The notes below the pieces were generated by a model. The model ran no database searches. It was not told where the DNA came from and saw only the letters and a program-made list of their open reading frames with translations. A DNA stretch of 58,853 nt from Minisyncoccia bacterium. Lineage in GTDB: Bacteria; Patescibacteriota; Minisyncoccia; Phycocordibacterales; UBA9973. The position numbers and the translations under genes were made by a program. The stretch is from the NCBI GenBank assembly GCA_038249055.1, contig JBBRWS010000008.1, forward strand, positions 1-58,853. The letters run 5' to 3'. Within the stretch, counting starts at the first letter, position 1, and each line of letters opens with the position of its first letter. Below are positions 38,845-48,267 of this stretch, piece by piece.

Positions 38845-39180
38845 CAAATAAGAAAAACGGCTTCAAGGCCGTTTTTCTTATTTGTGCGTCGGAGCAAGCC
38901 AACTGCTTGGCTTGCGTGTAGGATTTGAAAAGCTTTTCGTTACAAATTTTGATTTATCAAAATTTGTCGAAAAGGTGTACAGAATCTGTAAGATTCAAAA
39001 AGGCTACTGCCGGTCCTACCCAACACATGTTGTCGCTGAGTCGCCCAGTAGGTCATTTTACTAAATGAGGGTCGCGAGATTTTTCAGCAGAAAAATACTT
39101 GTGACCAAAAAATGTACTCATGGTCCTACCCCCCCAAAAAAAGTTTTAGTCGAGTTCCAAAAGCATATTCACGGTCCTAC
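38845..39180 (+). mobile_element. tRNA-Tyr-associated antisense/scaffold element with three right-end remnants
   Basis: Antisense 38885-38892 and 38918-38929 split by a 25-nt hairpin; TCCTAC(CC) repeats at 39014, 39124, 39175; scaffold-B hairpin 39069-39106. Confidence 0.8.
39044..39068 (+). repeat. 25-bp GTAG-type REP-like unit, copy 4 (opposite orientation)
   Basis: CCCAGTAGG-TCATTT-TACT-AAATGA. Confidence 0.85.
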
Positions 39181-39214
39181 TAAAAAGACCTTAATTTTAA
39201 TTAAGGTCTTTTTA
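39181..39214. terminator. terminator after clpB
   Basis: TAAAAAGACCTTAATT/AATTAAGGTCTTTTTA. Confidence 0.75.
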
Positions 39215-39218
39215 ATTA

Positions 39219-41906
39219 CTATTTTGAATTAACTTTACTATCTAATTTTATATTATGATTAATTTTCTTTTTCTTCATCTCAATAATAATCTCATTATCT
39301 TTCATAGTGGCGTAAACAGTATCCCCTTTCTTTACTCCCTTAGAAATCATAAACATAGCCACAGGGTTAAGAATCTTTTCTTGAATCAATCTACCTAAAG
39401 GTCGAGCACCATAGTGAGGATCATATCCTTCTTTTGCTAAATAAGACAAAGCTTCATCTTTTATATCAAGCTCAATTCCCTTACTTGCCAAACGTTCTCT
39501 AATTATTTTAATTTTAATATCAACAATATGACGAATAACTTCAGGAGAAAGAATATCAAAAACAATAATATCATCCAATCGATTCAAAAATTCTGGTCTA
39601 AAATGTTCTTTTAAAGCATCTAGTACCTTATCCTTAGTTTGAGAATATTCATCCATTTTTGTTTTATTACTAAATCCTAGTGATTCCATTTTTTGAATAA
39701 AATTAGAACCTAAATTTGAAGTGAGTACTATAATTGTATTTCTAAAATTAACTACACGACCTTTTGAGTCAGTAAGACGCCCTTCATCAAGAACTTGTAG
39801 TAGAACATTGAAAACCTCAGGGTGAGCTTTTTCTATTTCATCAAATAATATTACCGAGTATGGTCGATGACGAACTGCTTCTGTAAGATTACCTGATTCA
39901 TCATAGCCAACATAACCAGGAGGTGAACCGATAAGTTTTGAAATGCTGTGACGTTCTGTATATTCACTCATGTCTACTCGTATGAGTGCCTTATCATCAT
40001 TAAACATAAATTGAGCCAATGCTTTTGTAAGTTCTGTTTTTCCCACACCAGTTGGACCGAGAAAAATAAAAGAACCCATTGGTTTATTTGGATCTGAAAT
40101 TCCCGCTCTACTGCGACGAACAACATCTGAAATCTTTTTAATAGCAATATCTTGACCTACAACGCGTAAACGTAACTCATCTTCTATCTTTGATAATTTA
40201 TTTAATTCTTCCTCTAACATTTTTTCAAGAGGTACTCCTGTCCAACGAGAAACAACCGCGGCTATGTCTTCTGTGGTTATTTCTTCTTTTAGAATACGTC
40301 GTGATTTTTGAAGTTTTTTCAATCTAGACACTTTTGTTTCTAGATTACTTTGTAAATCAGGAATTCTTCCATAACGTATTTCTGCTGCACGCCCTAAGTC
40401 TGCACGCATCTCAGCATTTTCTGCTTCAAGGCGTAAAGACTCTAACTCTTTTTTTATTTCACGAATTTCTAGAACTGTTTCTTTTTCGTTTTTCCATTTA
40501 AGTTCCAATTCATGAGTTTTCTCTTTAAGATTCGCAATTTCTTTTTCTATATCTTTCATCCTAGCTTTTGCATCTTTATTTTGTGATGTTTTATTTCTTT
40601 CTATCTCTTTAGTTAATGCCTCTTTCTCAACTTCAAAACGCATAATTTTTCGATCAGATTCTTCTAAAACTTGTGGTTTATTTTCAAGTGCAAGACGTAA
40701 AGCAGAAGAAGCTTCATCTATAAGATCAACAGCTTTATCTGGTAAATATCTATTCGTGATATATCTTGCACTTAAATTGACAGCGGAAATAATAGCATCA
40801 TCGGTAATTCTAACACCATGAAAAAGTTCATACTTTTCTTTTAGACCACGTAAAATTGCAATTGCATCGTCAATACTTGGCTCATCTATATATATAGGTT
40901 GAAATCGTCTTGCAAGAGCTGGGTCTTTTTCAATATGTTTTTGATACTCTTTTAGTGTAGTTGCTCCTATTGCACGTAGTTCCCCACGAGCAAGTGCTGG
41001 TTTTAACATATTTGAAGCATCAAGAGAACCCTCTGATGAACCCGCTCCAACTATTGTATGAATTTCGTCTATAAATAAAATTATTTTTCCATTAGACTTC
41101 TCTATTTCTTTCATAATACCGCGCAATCTTTCTTCAAATTCTCCACGATATTTTGTACCAGATAATAACAATCCTAAATCAAGTGCTACTACTTCCTTAT
41201 CTTTTAAACTCTCAGGTACATCATTTTTTGCTATTCGAATAGCAAGAGCTTCGGCAACTGCCGTCTTTCCAGTTCCAGCCTCTCCTATTAAAATAGGATT
41301 ATTTTTGGTACGTCGAGATAATATTTGCATCATTCTCATTATTTCTGTATCACGTCCAATAACTGGATCAAGTTTATCTTCCCTAGCTAGCGTTGTAAGA
41401 TTACGAGTAAACTTAACAAGAAGTTTTGGTTTTTTAGAAGAATTTGATTCTGTAATATTTTCATTTCTAAGCAAATTAAGAACATTTAAAACTTTTTCTT
41501 TATTGATTTTAAAACGCCCCAATAATTCACGAGCTTCACCTGCAACTTCAAGTAAAGAAACAAATAGATGCTCCGTAGAAACAAATTCGTCCTTTAAAGT
41601 TTGAGCTACTTTGCTAGAATTTTCAATAATTTGAGCGAGATCTGGAGTAAGATAAATCTGATATGAAGGTGAAAGTGTATTACGATTTTCAGGAGATTCT
41701 GTCATTTCTATCAAGTTATCTGTCAGCAACATCGTATCAACTTCCATCTTATCTAAAATAGAAATAACCAAAGAATCTTCCTGTATTAACAGAGCGGTTA
41801 ATAAATGTAAAGAATTTACATGATTTTGACCACGCTCAATAGCTAGCTCATGAGCCTTACGAATTACCTCTTTTGCTTTTGTTGTAAAATTATTAAATGG
41901 GGGCAT
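39219..41906 (-). CDS. clpB: ATP-dependent chaperone ClpB
   Basis: Two AAA modules ([16 protein letters not shown]) and long coiled-coil M-domain with AAEIRYG. Confidence 0.93.
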   Translation of the reverse strand: MPPFNNFTTKAKEVIRKAHELAIERGQNHVNSLHLLTALLIQEDSLVISILDKMEVDTMLLTDNLIEMTESPENRNTLSPSYQIYLTPDLAQIIENSSKVAQTLKDEFVSTEHLFVSLLEVAGEARELLGRFKINKEKVLNVLNLLRNENITESNSSKKPKLLVKFTRNLTTLAREDKLDPVIGRDTEIMRMMQILSRRTKNNPILIGEAGTGKTAVAEALAIRIAKNDVPESLKDKEVVALDLGLLLSGTKYRGEFEERLRGIMKEIEKSNGKIILFIDEIHTIVGAGSSEGSLDASNMLKPALARGELRAIGATTLKEYQKHIEKDPALARRFQPIYIDEPSIDDAIAILRGLKEKYELFHGVRITDDAIISAVNLSARYITNRYLPDKAVDLIDEASSALRLALENKPQVLEESDRKIMRFEVEKEALTKEIERNKTSQNKDAKARMKDIEKEIANLKEKTHELELKWKNEKETVLEIREIKKELESLRLEAENAEMRADLGRAAEIRYGRIPDLQSNLETKVSRLKKLQKSRRILKEEITTEDIAAVVSRWTGVPLEKMLEEELNKLSKIEDELRLRVVGQDIAIKKISDVVRRSRAGISDPNKPMGSFIFLGPTGVGKTELTKALAQFMFNDDKALIRVDMSEYTERHSISKLIGSPPGYVGYDESGNLTEAVRHRPYSVILFDEIEKAHPEVFNVLLQVLDEGRLTDSKGRVVNFRNTIIVLTSNLGSNFIQKMESLGFSNKTKMDEYSQTKDKVLDALKEHFRPEFLNRLDDIIVFDILSPEVIRHIVDIKIKIIRERLASKGIELDIKDEALSYLAKEGYDPHYGARPLGRLIQEKILNPVAMFMISKGVKKGDTVYATMKDNEIIIEMKKKKINHNIKLDSKVNSK

Positions 41907-41955
41907 AAATATAATTACTAATTTATAATTACTAATTTAAAAAACTAATAGTTTT

Positions 41956-42555
41956 TTATTGTGTATTACTTACAGCGTCCGTGTTAGTAGTTACTTCTGG
42001 AGATTTTACTACTGATGATTTTTCTGTAATTTTTAATACAGTAAAACCATTATTAAACTTTTTTAAAATTGAAACATTAAAATCAGTTTTATCTAATACT
42101 ACTTTATATGAATCTATATCATTAATCAAATTTGAATCTACTAATATTAGACCAACATCTGATATTATAATACCTTGCCCAATGGGACTAGGTACTGTAT
42201 TTGTAATATTTATATTTTCAACTGTTGGGTTTACTTCTGTGGGGGTTTCTACTTTTGCATTATTAAGAAAAATATTTACTAATGTATCACTATTACTAAG
42301 TGTTAACACTGCATTCTCCTTCTCACTAGCTTTATTATCGATAGTATTGTCTTGAGTATAAACAGGGGCCGGAGCTTGAATAGTAGTAACTTTTTCAATT
42401 GTTCTTTGAATAACATTATTTATTGTCTGCGGAACACTTTTTGGCATCTGATTCATGAGTGAAACAGTCACAATACCAGTGGCAATCGAAACTACAAAAG
42501 TAATCAACAATGTCAATAAAATAAGCTGTTTTTTGTCTAATTCTTTAATATCCAT
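41956..42555 (-). CDS. membrane-anchored protein with truncated, degenerate trypsin/HtrA-like segment
   Basis: TM LITFVVSIATGIVTVSL; GQGIIISDVGLILV without the catalytic His. Confidence 0.6.
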   Translation of the reverse strand: MDIKELDKKQLILLTLLITFVVSIATGIVTVSLMNQMPKSVPQTINNVIQRTIEKVTTIQAPAPVYTQDNTIDNKASEKENAVLTLSNSDTLVNIFLNNAKVETPTEVNPTVENINITNTVPSPIGQGIIISDVGLILVDSNLINDIDSYKVVLDKTDFNVSILKKFNNGFTVLKITEKSSVVKSPEVTTNTDAVSNTQ

Positions 42556-42594
42556 ATGCCTATTATATCATAAAATATGGTTAAATAATAAATT

Positions 42595-43818
42595 TTATTT
42601 CCATTTTTTATATTTTTCTAATATTTTATTTATAGATTTAAGTAAATAATCTATATCACTTTTTTTCGTACCTCTTCCTAATGATATTCGGAGTGAACCA
42701 TCTTCCTCTTTCCCCTTTCTTGAACAAACCTTTCTAATCGCATCAATTACATAAGACTTGCTACTATCATCACTTTTGCAAGCACTTTTTTCAGAAACAA
42801 AAATACCCATTGCTGACAATTCTATAACAAGAAGTTCACTTGAAATTCCTAAAATAGAAATATTTATATTATTCGGTAACCTTTTATTTTTATCACCATT
42901 TAAAATTATTTTATATCCGGATATTCCAGAAAGAGCTAACAATTTTTCTATCCCATAATCTCGAATTTTAATAAGTCTCTCTGACTCTTTTTGTTTAATT
43001 TTATTTACTACTTCAAACATAAAAGAAAATCCTGATATCAAGGACACACTTTCCGTCCCGGAACGTAAACCAAATTCTTGGCCTCCTCCAGAATAAATAG
43101 GGCAAAGTTCAATATTTCTTTTTTTATACAAAACACCCACTCCTTTAGGACCATAAATTTTAGAGCTATTAAAAGTCATTAAGTCTACCCCGAGCTTTTC
43201 TATATTGTCTGTGTATAAATAATTCATTGCCTGACATGCATCAGTATGGAAAAGTGGGAGAGATAGATTTTTTAATTTTTTAAAATGTCTTATTATTTTT
43301 GCAATTTCTTGTATTGGTTGTATTGTTCCAATTTCATTATTGGCATACATAACTGAAACCAAAACTGTATTTTCTTTTAAAGAATCTTCTAATTCTTCAA
43401 GATTTATGATCCCATTTTTATCTACTGAAATATAGGTAACTTCTGCTTCTCCCAAACTCTCAAGTATTCTACAATTTTCAAGCACTGCAGGATGTTCTAT
43501 CTTTGTTGTTAAAATATGCGGAATCTTATCTTTATTTTTAATCCGCCAACCTCTTATTACTCCCAATATAGCGAGTGCATCACTTTCTGTTCCACTCCCA
43601 GTAAAAATAATCTCATCATTATGAGCATTAATCAATTTTGCAATTTTACCCCTACAATCTTCTATTATATTTCTAACTTTTACCCCATCTGCATGAATTG
43701 CGCTTGGATTGGCAAAAAATCGTCTTTCGAAGAAATCTACTATTTTTGCAGTTTTACTGTCTATCGGAGTTGCTCCTGCATAGTCAAAATATATATTTTT
43801 TTTGGGTAATAATTTCAT
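42595..43818 (-). CDS. iscS: cysteine desulfurase (IscS/NifS family)
   Basis: YFDYAGATP, ANPS, NNEIG, HTDACQ, SSKIYGPKG, RSGTE, SAC. Confidence 0.9.
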   Translation of the reverse strand: MKLLPKKNIYFDYAGATPIDSKTAKIVDFFERRFFANPSAIHADGVKVRNIIEDCRGKIAKLINAHNDEIIFTGSGTESDALAILGVIRGWRIKNKDKIPHILTTKIEHPAVLENCRILESLGEAEVTYISVDKNGIINLEELEDSLKENTVLVSVMYANNEIGTIQPIQEIAKIIRHFKKLKNLSLPLFHTDACQAMNYLYTDNIEKLGVDLMTFNSSKIYGPKGVGVLYKKRNIELCPIYSGGGQEFGLRSGTESVSLISGFSFMFEVVNKIKQKESERLIKIRDYGIEKLLALSGISGYKIILNGDKNKRLPNNINISILGISSELLVIELSAMGIFVSEKSACKSDDSSKSYVIDAIRKVCSRKGKEEDGSLRISLGRGTKKSDIDYLLKSINKILEKYKKWK

Positions 43819-43963
43819 AAGTTATATGTATAACTATAACACCCTGTGATGAATTTTAAAAACTTTTAAGTTCCATAAATTTATGTCTAAATTCTTTTAA
43901 AATCTAGTACATAATAAAACAGCATTGTAAAAAAAGCCTTATTGGTATATACTCTTTTTAGTT

Positions 43964-44410
43964 ATGAATACTACTATCTTAATTTATATAATTTCCGCGA
44001 TTGTTATTATTATTTTATTATGGATTATGTCTATAGAGCTTAGATTTAAAAAATTCTTTGCTGGAACTAAAGCACGTAATCTAGAAGAAATGATTATATT
44101 AGTTGGTGAAAAAATAAATAAAGTAGAAGAAACCCAAAATAAAATTGATAAACACTTAGTTATAATTGATAATCGACTTAACAAATCAATAAGAAAAATA
44201 GAAACAATACGTTTCAACCCATTTGTAGACGGTGGCGGAAATCAAAGTTTTGCAATTGCTCTAATGAATGACGAAAGTAACGGAGTAGTAATATCCAGTT
44301 TGTATGCTCGTGACCGTATGAGTATCTTTGCAAAGCCAATAATAAACGGTAAATCAGAATTTGAATTATCTGCTGAAGAAAAAGACGTTCTTGAAAAAGC
44401 AATAAATTAA
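43964..44410 (+). CDS. DUF4446-like membrane-anchored protein
   Basis: RFNPF..GGNQSFAIAL...GVVISSLYAR...FAKP...LS.EE. Confidence 0.8.
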   Translation: MNTTILIYIISAIVIIILLWIMSIELRFKKFFAGTKARNLEEMIILVGEKINKVEETQNKIDKHLVIIDNRLNKSIRKIETIRFNPFVDGGGNQSFAIALMNDESNGVVISSLYARDRMSIFAKPIINGKSEFELSAEEKDVLEKAIN

Positions 44411-44444
44411 CGAAATCGAGTCAACTAGAAAGAAATAATTATTT

Positions 44445-45953
44445 ATGATAGAAGAAATTAAAAAAATTGAAAAAGTTCGCCCACCCGTAGTTGTTGTTAT
44501 GGGGCATGTTGATCATGGTAAATCAACACTTCTTGACTATATACGAAAATCAAACATTGTAGATAGTGAGGCAGGTGGAATCACTCAGCACATTAGTGCT
44601 TATGAAGTTGTAAGCAAAGATGATAAAAATGAAAATAGGCTTATAACTTTTTTAGATACTCCTGGACATGAAGCTTTTTCAAAAATGCGTACTCGTGGAG
44701 CCCAAGCTGCAGATATTGCTATTCTTGTTGTCTCCGCAGAAGATAGTGTTAAGGCTCAAACTCTTGAAGCTTATAACACGATTATAGAAAGTAAAATACC
44801 ATACATTGTTGCTATAAATAAAATAGACAGACCGAACGCAAATATTGAAAAAACTAAAATGGATTTAGTTGAAAAAGGTATATATCTAGAGGGATTAGGT
44901 GGTGATATACCATTTGTACCTATATCCGCTAAAGTTGGGACAGGAATTGATGAACTTCTAAGTATGATTATTTTAGTTGCTGATATTCAAGGTTTTACTG
45001 GAAATCCATCAATAAATGCTACTGGGGTCATTATTGAAGCAAAGCGTGATCCACAACGTGGAGTTTCCGCAACATGTATTATTAAAAATGGCACACTTCG
45101 TTCTGGAATGTTCGTAGCATGCGGAGAAGCCATAGTTACAACTCGTATTTTAGAAAATTTTTTAGGTAAGCCCATAAAAGAAGCAACTTTCTCATCCCCC
45201 ATTAAGTTGGTTGGATTTGAATCAATGCCAGAAGTCGGTAGTATTTTTCAATCATTTAAAACAAAAAAAGAAGCTGAAAATTATATAAATAATATAAAGG
45301 ATGAAAAATTAAATAATAAAATACAAGACAAACAATCTACTTCTACTGGAAAAATTATTCCAATAATAATAAAAACAGATGTTATGGGAACAATAGAAGC
45401 CATTGAAAAAGAAATAAGTAAATTAAATACAGATGAAATTTCTTTCAAAATAATAAGCAAAGGCGTTGGAGCTATAAATGAATCCGACTTAAAAATGGGA
45501 AATGTGAATAAAGAAAGTATAATTGTTGGGTTTAATACAAAAATAGATAGTGGAGCAAGAGACCTCAATGAATCTTTAAAAGTCAAAGTAGAAACATTTG
45601 ATATTATTTATAAACTTATTGATTGGCTAAAAGAATTAGTAGAAGCTCGTCGTCCAAGAATAGAAACCGTAGAAGTAATAGGAACTCTAAAGGTATTAAA
45701 AACATTCGGTTCAACTAAAGGTAAGCATGTAGTTGGAGGTAAAGTTACATCTGGTAAAATAACCTTCGGTAGTAATATTCGTATAATTCGCCGTGATTTT
45801 GAAATTGGAACTGGAAAAATTGTTGAATTGCAGATGAATAAAATTAAAGCAAAAGAAGTACAAGAAGGAAATGATTGTGGCCTTCAAGTAGAGACCAAAT
45901 TAGATATTGCCCCAGGTGATGTTTTAGAAGCTTTTGAAATTTCTATTAAATAA
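44445..45953 (+). CDS. infB: translation initiation factor IF-2, lacking the N-terminal domain
   Basis: RPPVVVVMGHVDHGKSTLLD, GGITQHI, DTPGHEAF, NKID. Confidence 0.97.
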   Translation: MIEEIKKIEKVRPPVVVVMGHVDHGKSTLLDYIRKSNIVDSEAGGITQHISAYEVVSKDDKNENRLITFLDTPGHEAFSKMRTRGAQAADIAILVVSAEDSVKAQTLEAYNTIIESKIPYIVAINKIDRPNANIEKTKMDLVEKGIYLEGLGGDIPFVPISAKVGTGIDELLSMIILVADIQGFTGNPSINATGVIIEAKRDPQRGVSATCIIKNGTLRSGMFVACGEAIVTTRILENFLGKPIKEATFSSPIKLVGFESMPEVGSIFQSFKTKKEAENYINNIKDEKLNNKIQDKQSTSTGKIIPIIIKTDVMGTIEAIEKEISKLNTDEISFKIISKGVGAINESDLKMGNVNKESIIVGFNTKIDSGARDLNESLKVKVETFDIIYKLIDWLKELVEARRPRIETVEVIGTLKVLKTFGSTKGKHVVGGKVTSGKITFGSNIRIIRRDFEIGTGKIVELQMNKIKAKEVQEGNDCGLQVETKLDIAPGDVLEAFEISIK

Positions 45954-45962
45954 TATTTTTAT

Positions 45963-46289
45963 ATGTCTATATTCCGAGGAGAAAAAATAACAAATAATAT
46001 AAAAGAACTAGCAGCACTTTATATAGAACGTGAGGCTGGTCCTACATCCCTCATTACTGTAACCAGAGTTGTTCTATCCCCTGACGGCAAAAAAGCCACA
46101 ATAATGGTTAGCGTTTTGCCACGTGAAAAAGAAAAAGCGGCCTATGGATTTATAAAGAGAAATTTAGGTGAATTAAGAAAACACATAACTAAAAATTTAA
46201 GAATAAATCCTATTCCATTTTTAGATGTTGAAATAGATGAAGGAGAAAAAAATCGCCAAAAAATTGACGATTTATTAATGAAAGGTTAG
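45963..46289 (+). CDS. rbfA: ribosome-binding factor A
   Basis: Directly after infB; LITVTRV.LSPD...IPFL...D pattern. Confidence 0.88.
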   Translation: MSIFRGEKITNNIKELAALYIEREAGPTSLITVTRVVLSPDGKKATIMVSVLPREKEKAAYGFIKRNLGELRKHITKNLRINPIPFLDVEIDEGEKNRQKIDDLLMKG

Positions 46290-46315
46290 GATAGAAAAGT
46301 GGAATAAAATAATAA

Positions 46316-46387
46316 GGCCTGGTAGCCAAGTGGTAAGGCAGAGATCTGCAAAATCTCTATGCGGCGGTTCAATTCCGCCCCAGGCCT
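46316..46387 (+). tRNA. tRNA-Cys(GCA); no antisense element downstream
   Basis: Acceptor GGCCTGG/CCAGGCC, loop CTGCAAA, T-loop TTCAATT, discriminator T. Confidence 0.95.
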
Positions 46388-46452
46388 CCTTAAAGTAAAT
46401 TTCTTAAAATTTACTAGGGTGAATAATTTTAATAAAATTATTTTAGCCAAAA

Positions 46453-46490
46453 AAATAAAGCAAAACCGATATTATGGTTTTGCTTTATTT
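46453..46490. terminator. bidirectional terminator
   Basis: AAATAAAGCAAAACC-N8-GGTTTTGCTTTATTT. Confidence 0.8.
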
Positions 46491-46510
46491 AAATTTAGAC
46501 TAACTTAATG

Positions 46511-46831
46511 TTATTCCTCTGATAAATTCTGATCTTCAGACATCTTCATCAAAACAAGAACGACCTTGGTTAAGTCTTGGAAATTCTGGAATTCAGGAAA
46601 ATCACAATCATCTTCATCGATGAATACTGATACTTCATTACCACAAACTTCTTGGCAAAATTCTTCCTGATTATAAACATCCAAAACAGCTAATACCCAA
46701 GCATTTTGACAACCACCAAGATTGTCTAAAGAGAAACAATCATTTACTGAGTGACCAACAGAACATAAATTAACAAGATCACCCATTTGAAGAGTATTTC
46801 CTTCTAACTGAGAACTAGTTTTATAATTCAT
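46511..46831 (-). CDS. hypothetical acidic Cys-containing protein
   Basis: Open ORF with ATG, ending at a terminator. Confidence 0.55.
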   Translation of the reverse strand: MNYKTSSQLEGNTLQMGDLVNLCSVGHSVNDCFSLDNLGGCQNAWVLAVLDVYNQEEFCQEVCGNEVSVFIDEDDCDFPEFQNFQDLTKVVLVLMKMSEDQNLSEE

Positions 46832-46938
46832 ATCTACAAGTTTTAAAATCGTTTAGATTAATACTATCATAATTATATTTTTATGCAACAATATTCACTA
46901 TAAGTCAAAAAAATAAGCGGACGTAAAGTCCGCGAATT

Positions 46939-47244
46939 TTATTTTTCACATAATTTCATAATCTCTTTTACTACTCTTGTCAGGGCGGCAAAATCATTTA
47001 TTTTTGAAATAGGAAATTGATCTGGAGCAGAATGATCTCCAGGTGGTAGATACCCATAACATTTTGAACAAAAATCATATTTATTTAGAATTCCAAGCAC
47101 AATAAATATTTTGTCATTTCTATCACCATAAAAAGAAACGAGAGAATTATTTAATACTTTATATTTAATTCCCCAAAATTCAACAATATCTTTTTCTTTA
47201 ACATCATCAAACTCTAATTGCTTTAATTTTTTATAAAAAGCCAT
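46939..47244 (-). CDS. hypothetical protein
   Basis: Open ORF; FCSKCYGY motif; FP...DF.ALTRVV tail loosely like the neighbour's. Confidence 0.55.
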   Translation of the reverse strand: MAFYKKLKQLEFDDVKEKDIVEFWGIKYKVLNNSLVSFYGDRNDKIFIVLGILNKYDFCSKCYGYLPPGDHSAPDQFPISKINDFAALTRVVKEIMKLCEK

Positions 47245-47358
47245 ATTTTAAAATATTAAATTTACACCATTTTTTTTATTAAACTATAAATTTATACGGA
47301 AGTCAATGATGACTAGTATTTATAATAAATTTTTGCTAATATGTTCTAGTGCTTAAAT

Positions 47359-47440
47359 GCCCAGGTGGCGGAATTGGTATACGCGCTAGTCTTAGGAACT
47401 AGTGGAGCAATCCTTGGAGGTTCAAGTCCTCTCCTGGGCA
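47359..47440 (+). tRNA. tRNA-Leu(TAG), no encoded CCA
   Basis: Acceptor GCCCAGG/CCTGGGC, loop CTTAGGA, long variable arm, T-loop TTCAAGT. Confidence 0.95.
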
Positions 47441-47596
47441 CAAATACAAAAAATCCCTTTGCTTTTGCAAAAGGATTTTTTGTATTTGTGCCCAGAGCAA
47501 GCCATTGGTACGGCTTGCGTGAGAGGACTTGAAAAGGTTGAATATATGGTTTAGAAATTAATATTTCTAAACCATATGAAACCTGTACCGACTCTG

Positions 47597-47621
47597 CGAA
47601 TGAGTGCATTCGCCTACTGGG
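47597..47621 (-). repeat. 25-bp GTAG-type REP-like unit, copy 5
   Basis: Plus strand CGAATG-AGTG-CATTCG-CCTACTGGG. Confidence 0.85.
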
Positions 47622-47679
47622 TAAGAGTCAAGACATGTACTCATGGTCCTCTCCTGGGCTTAATTGATGCTCAAAAGCG

Positions 47680-47704
47680 CGAATGAGTACATTCGCCTAC
47701 TGGG
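47680..47704 (-). repeat. 25-bp GTAG-type REP-like unit, copy 6
   Basis: Plus strand CGAATG-AGTA-CATTCG-CCTACTGGG, identical to copy 1. Confidence 0.85.
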
Positions 47705-47788
47705 TACTCGCAACCCCTCCTTCTTCTTGACACAATATACAATTAAAAGTAATCTAAATAAAAATCATCTACATTTAAAATGTAAAAA

Positions 47789-48190
47789 ATGACGACAAAA
47801 AAATTTTATCTTATCCAAGGAATTTATTTCCAGAGCGGTTATCGTGGTGGCTGTCTAGGTTTTAGATTAGAACCAAAGAACTTAGCTACAATCGATTTTG
47901 AAATGATTAATGCAATGTATAATGGTATAGTAGAATCTTGTGATTCAAACTCCAAATTATTCTATGGCGAAATGAAAGATATTTGGGGAAATGCAAAAAT
48001 ATCTGATTTTGAAATTAGTGAAAGTGAGCTAAAATTCATTAAAACATACGAAAAACGCCCGCCTATAATTCACCTTTTTACAAAAAAAGAAAATGGTGTT
48101 TGGCTAGGAACATTCGAAGGCGATGACTGTGGAAAAGGAAAAACAAAATGTATCGCAACTGAAATTGATAATGAATTCTTTATGTCTTAA
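47789..48190 (+). CDS. hypothetical protein
   Basis: Open ORF with upstream TTGACA and a downstream terminator. Confidence 0.65.
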   Translation: MTTKKFYLIQGIYFQSGYRGGCLGFRLEPKNLATIDFEMINAMYNGIVESCDSNSKLFYGEMKDIWGNAKISDFEISESELKFIKTYEKRPPIIHLFTKKENGVWLGTFEGDDCGKGKTKCIATEIDNEFFMS

Positions 48191-48196
48191 AAATCA

Positions 48197-48228
48197 AAAA
48201 AAATACTGCTCAAAAGGCAGTATTTTTT
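48197..48228 (+). terminator. intrinsic terminator
   Basis: AAAAAATACTGC...GCAGTATTTTTT. Confidence 0.75.
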
Positions 48229-48267
48229 AATATTTCCATGTACTTTTTTTCATGCTAAAATACTCCC

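Larger units (their letters stand above)
47441..47721 (+). mobile_element. tRNA-Leu-associated antisense/scaffold element
   Basis: Antisense 47489-47495 and 47521-47533 split by a 25-nt hairpin; direct repeat GTCCTCTCCTGGGC 47646-47659; second degenerate end near 47705-47721. Confidence 0.8.

Noticed and set aside
41910-41939. 14-bp tandem repeat (TATAATTACTAATT x2) upstream of clpB as a heat-shock operator
   Set aside because: Very AT-rich, does not match CIRCE, and is absent before hsp20.
44445-45953. infB as a truncated pseudogene
   Set aside because: G-domain and C-terminal domains are intact with normal rbfA synteny; short IF2 forms occur in reduced genomes.
1407-47721. CRISPR array from the recurring 25-38 bp words
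   Set aside because: Copies are dispersed with no regular repeat-spacer periodicity; no cas genes.
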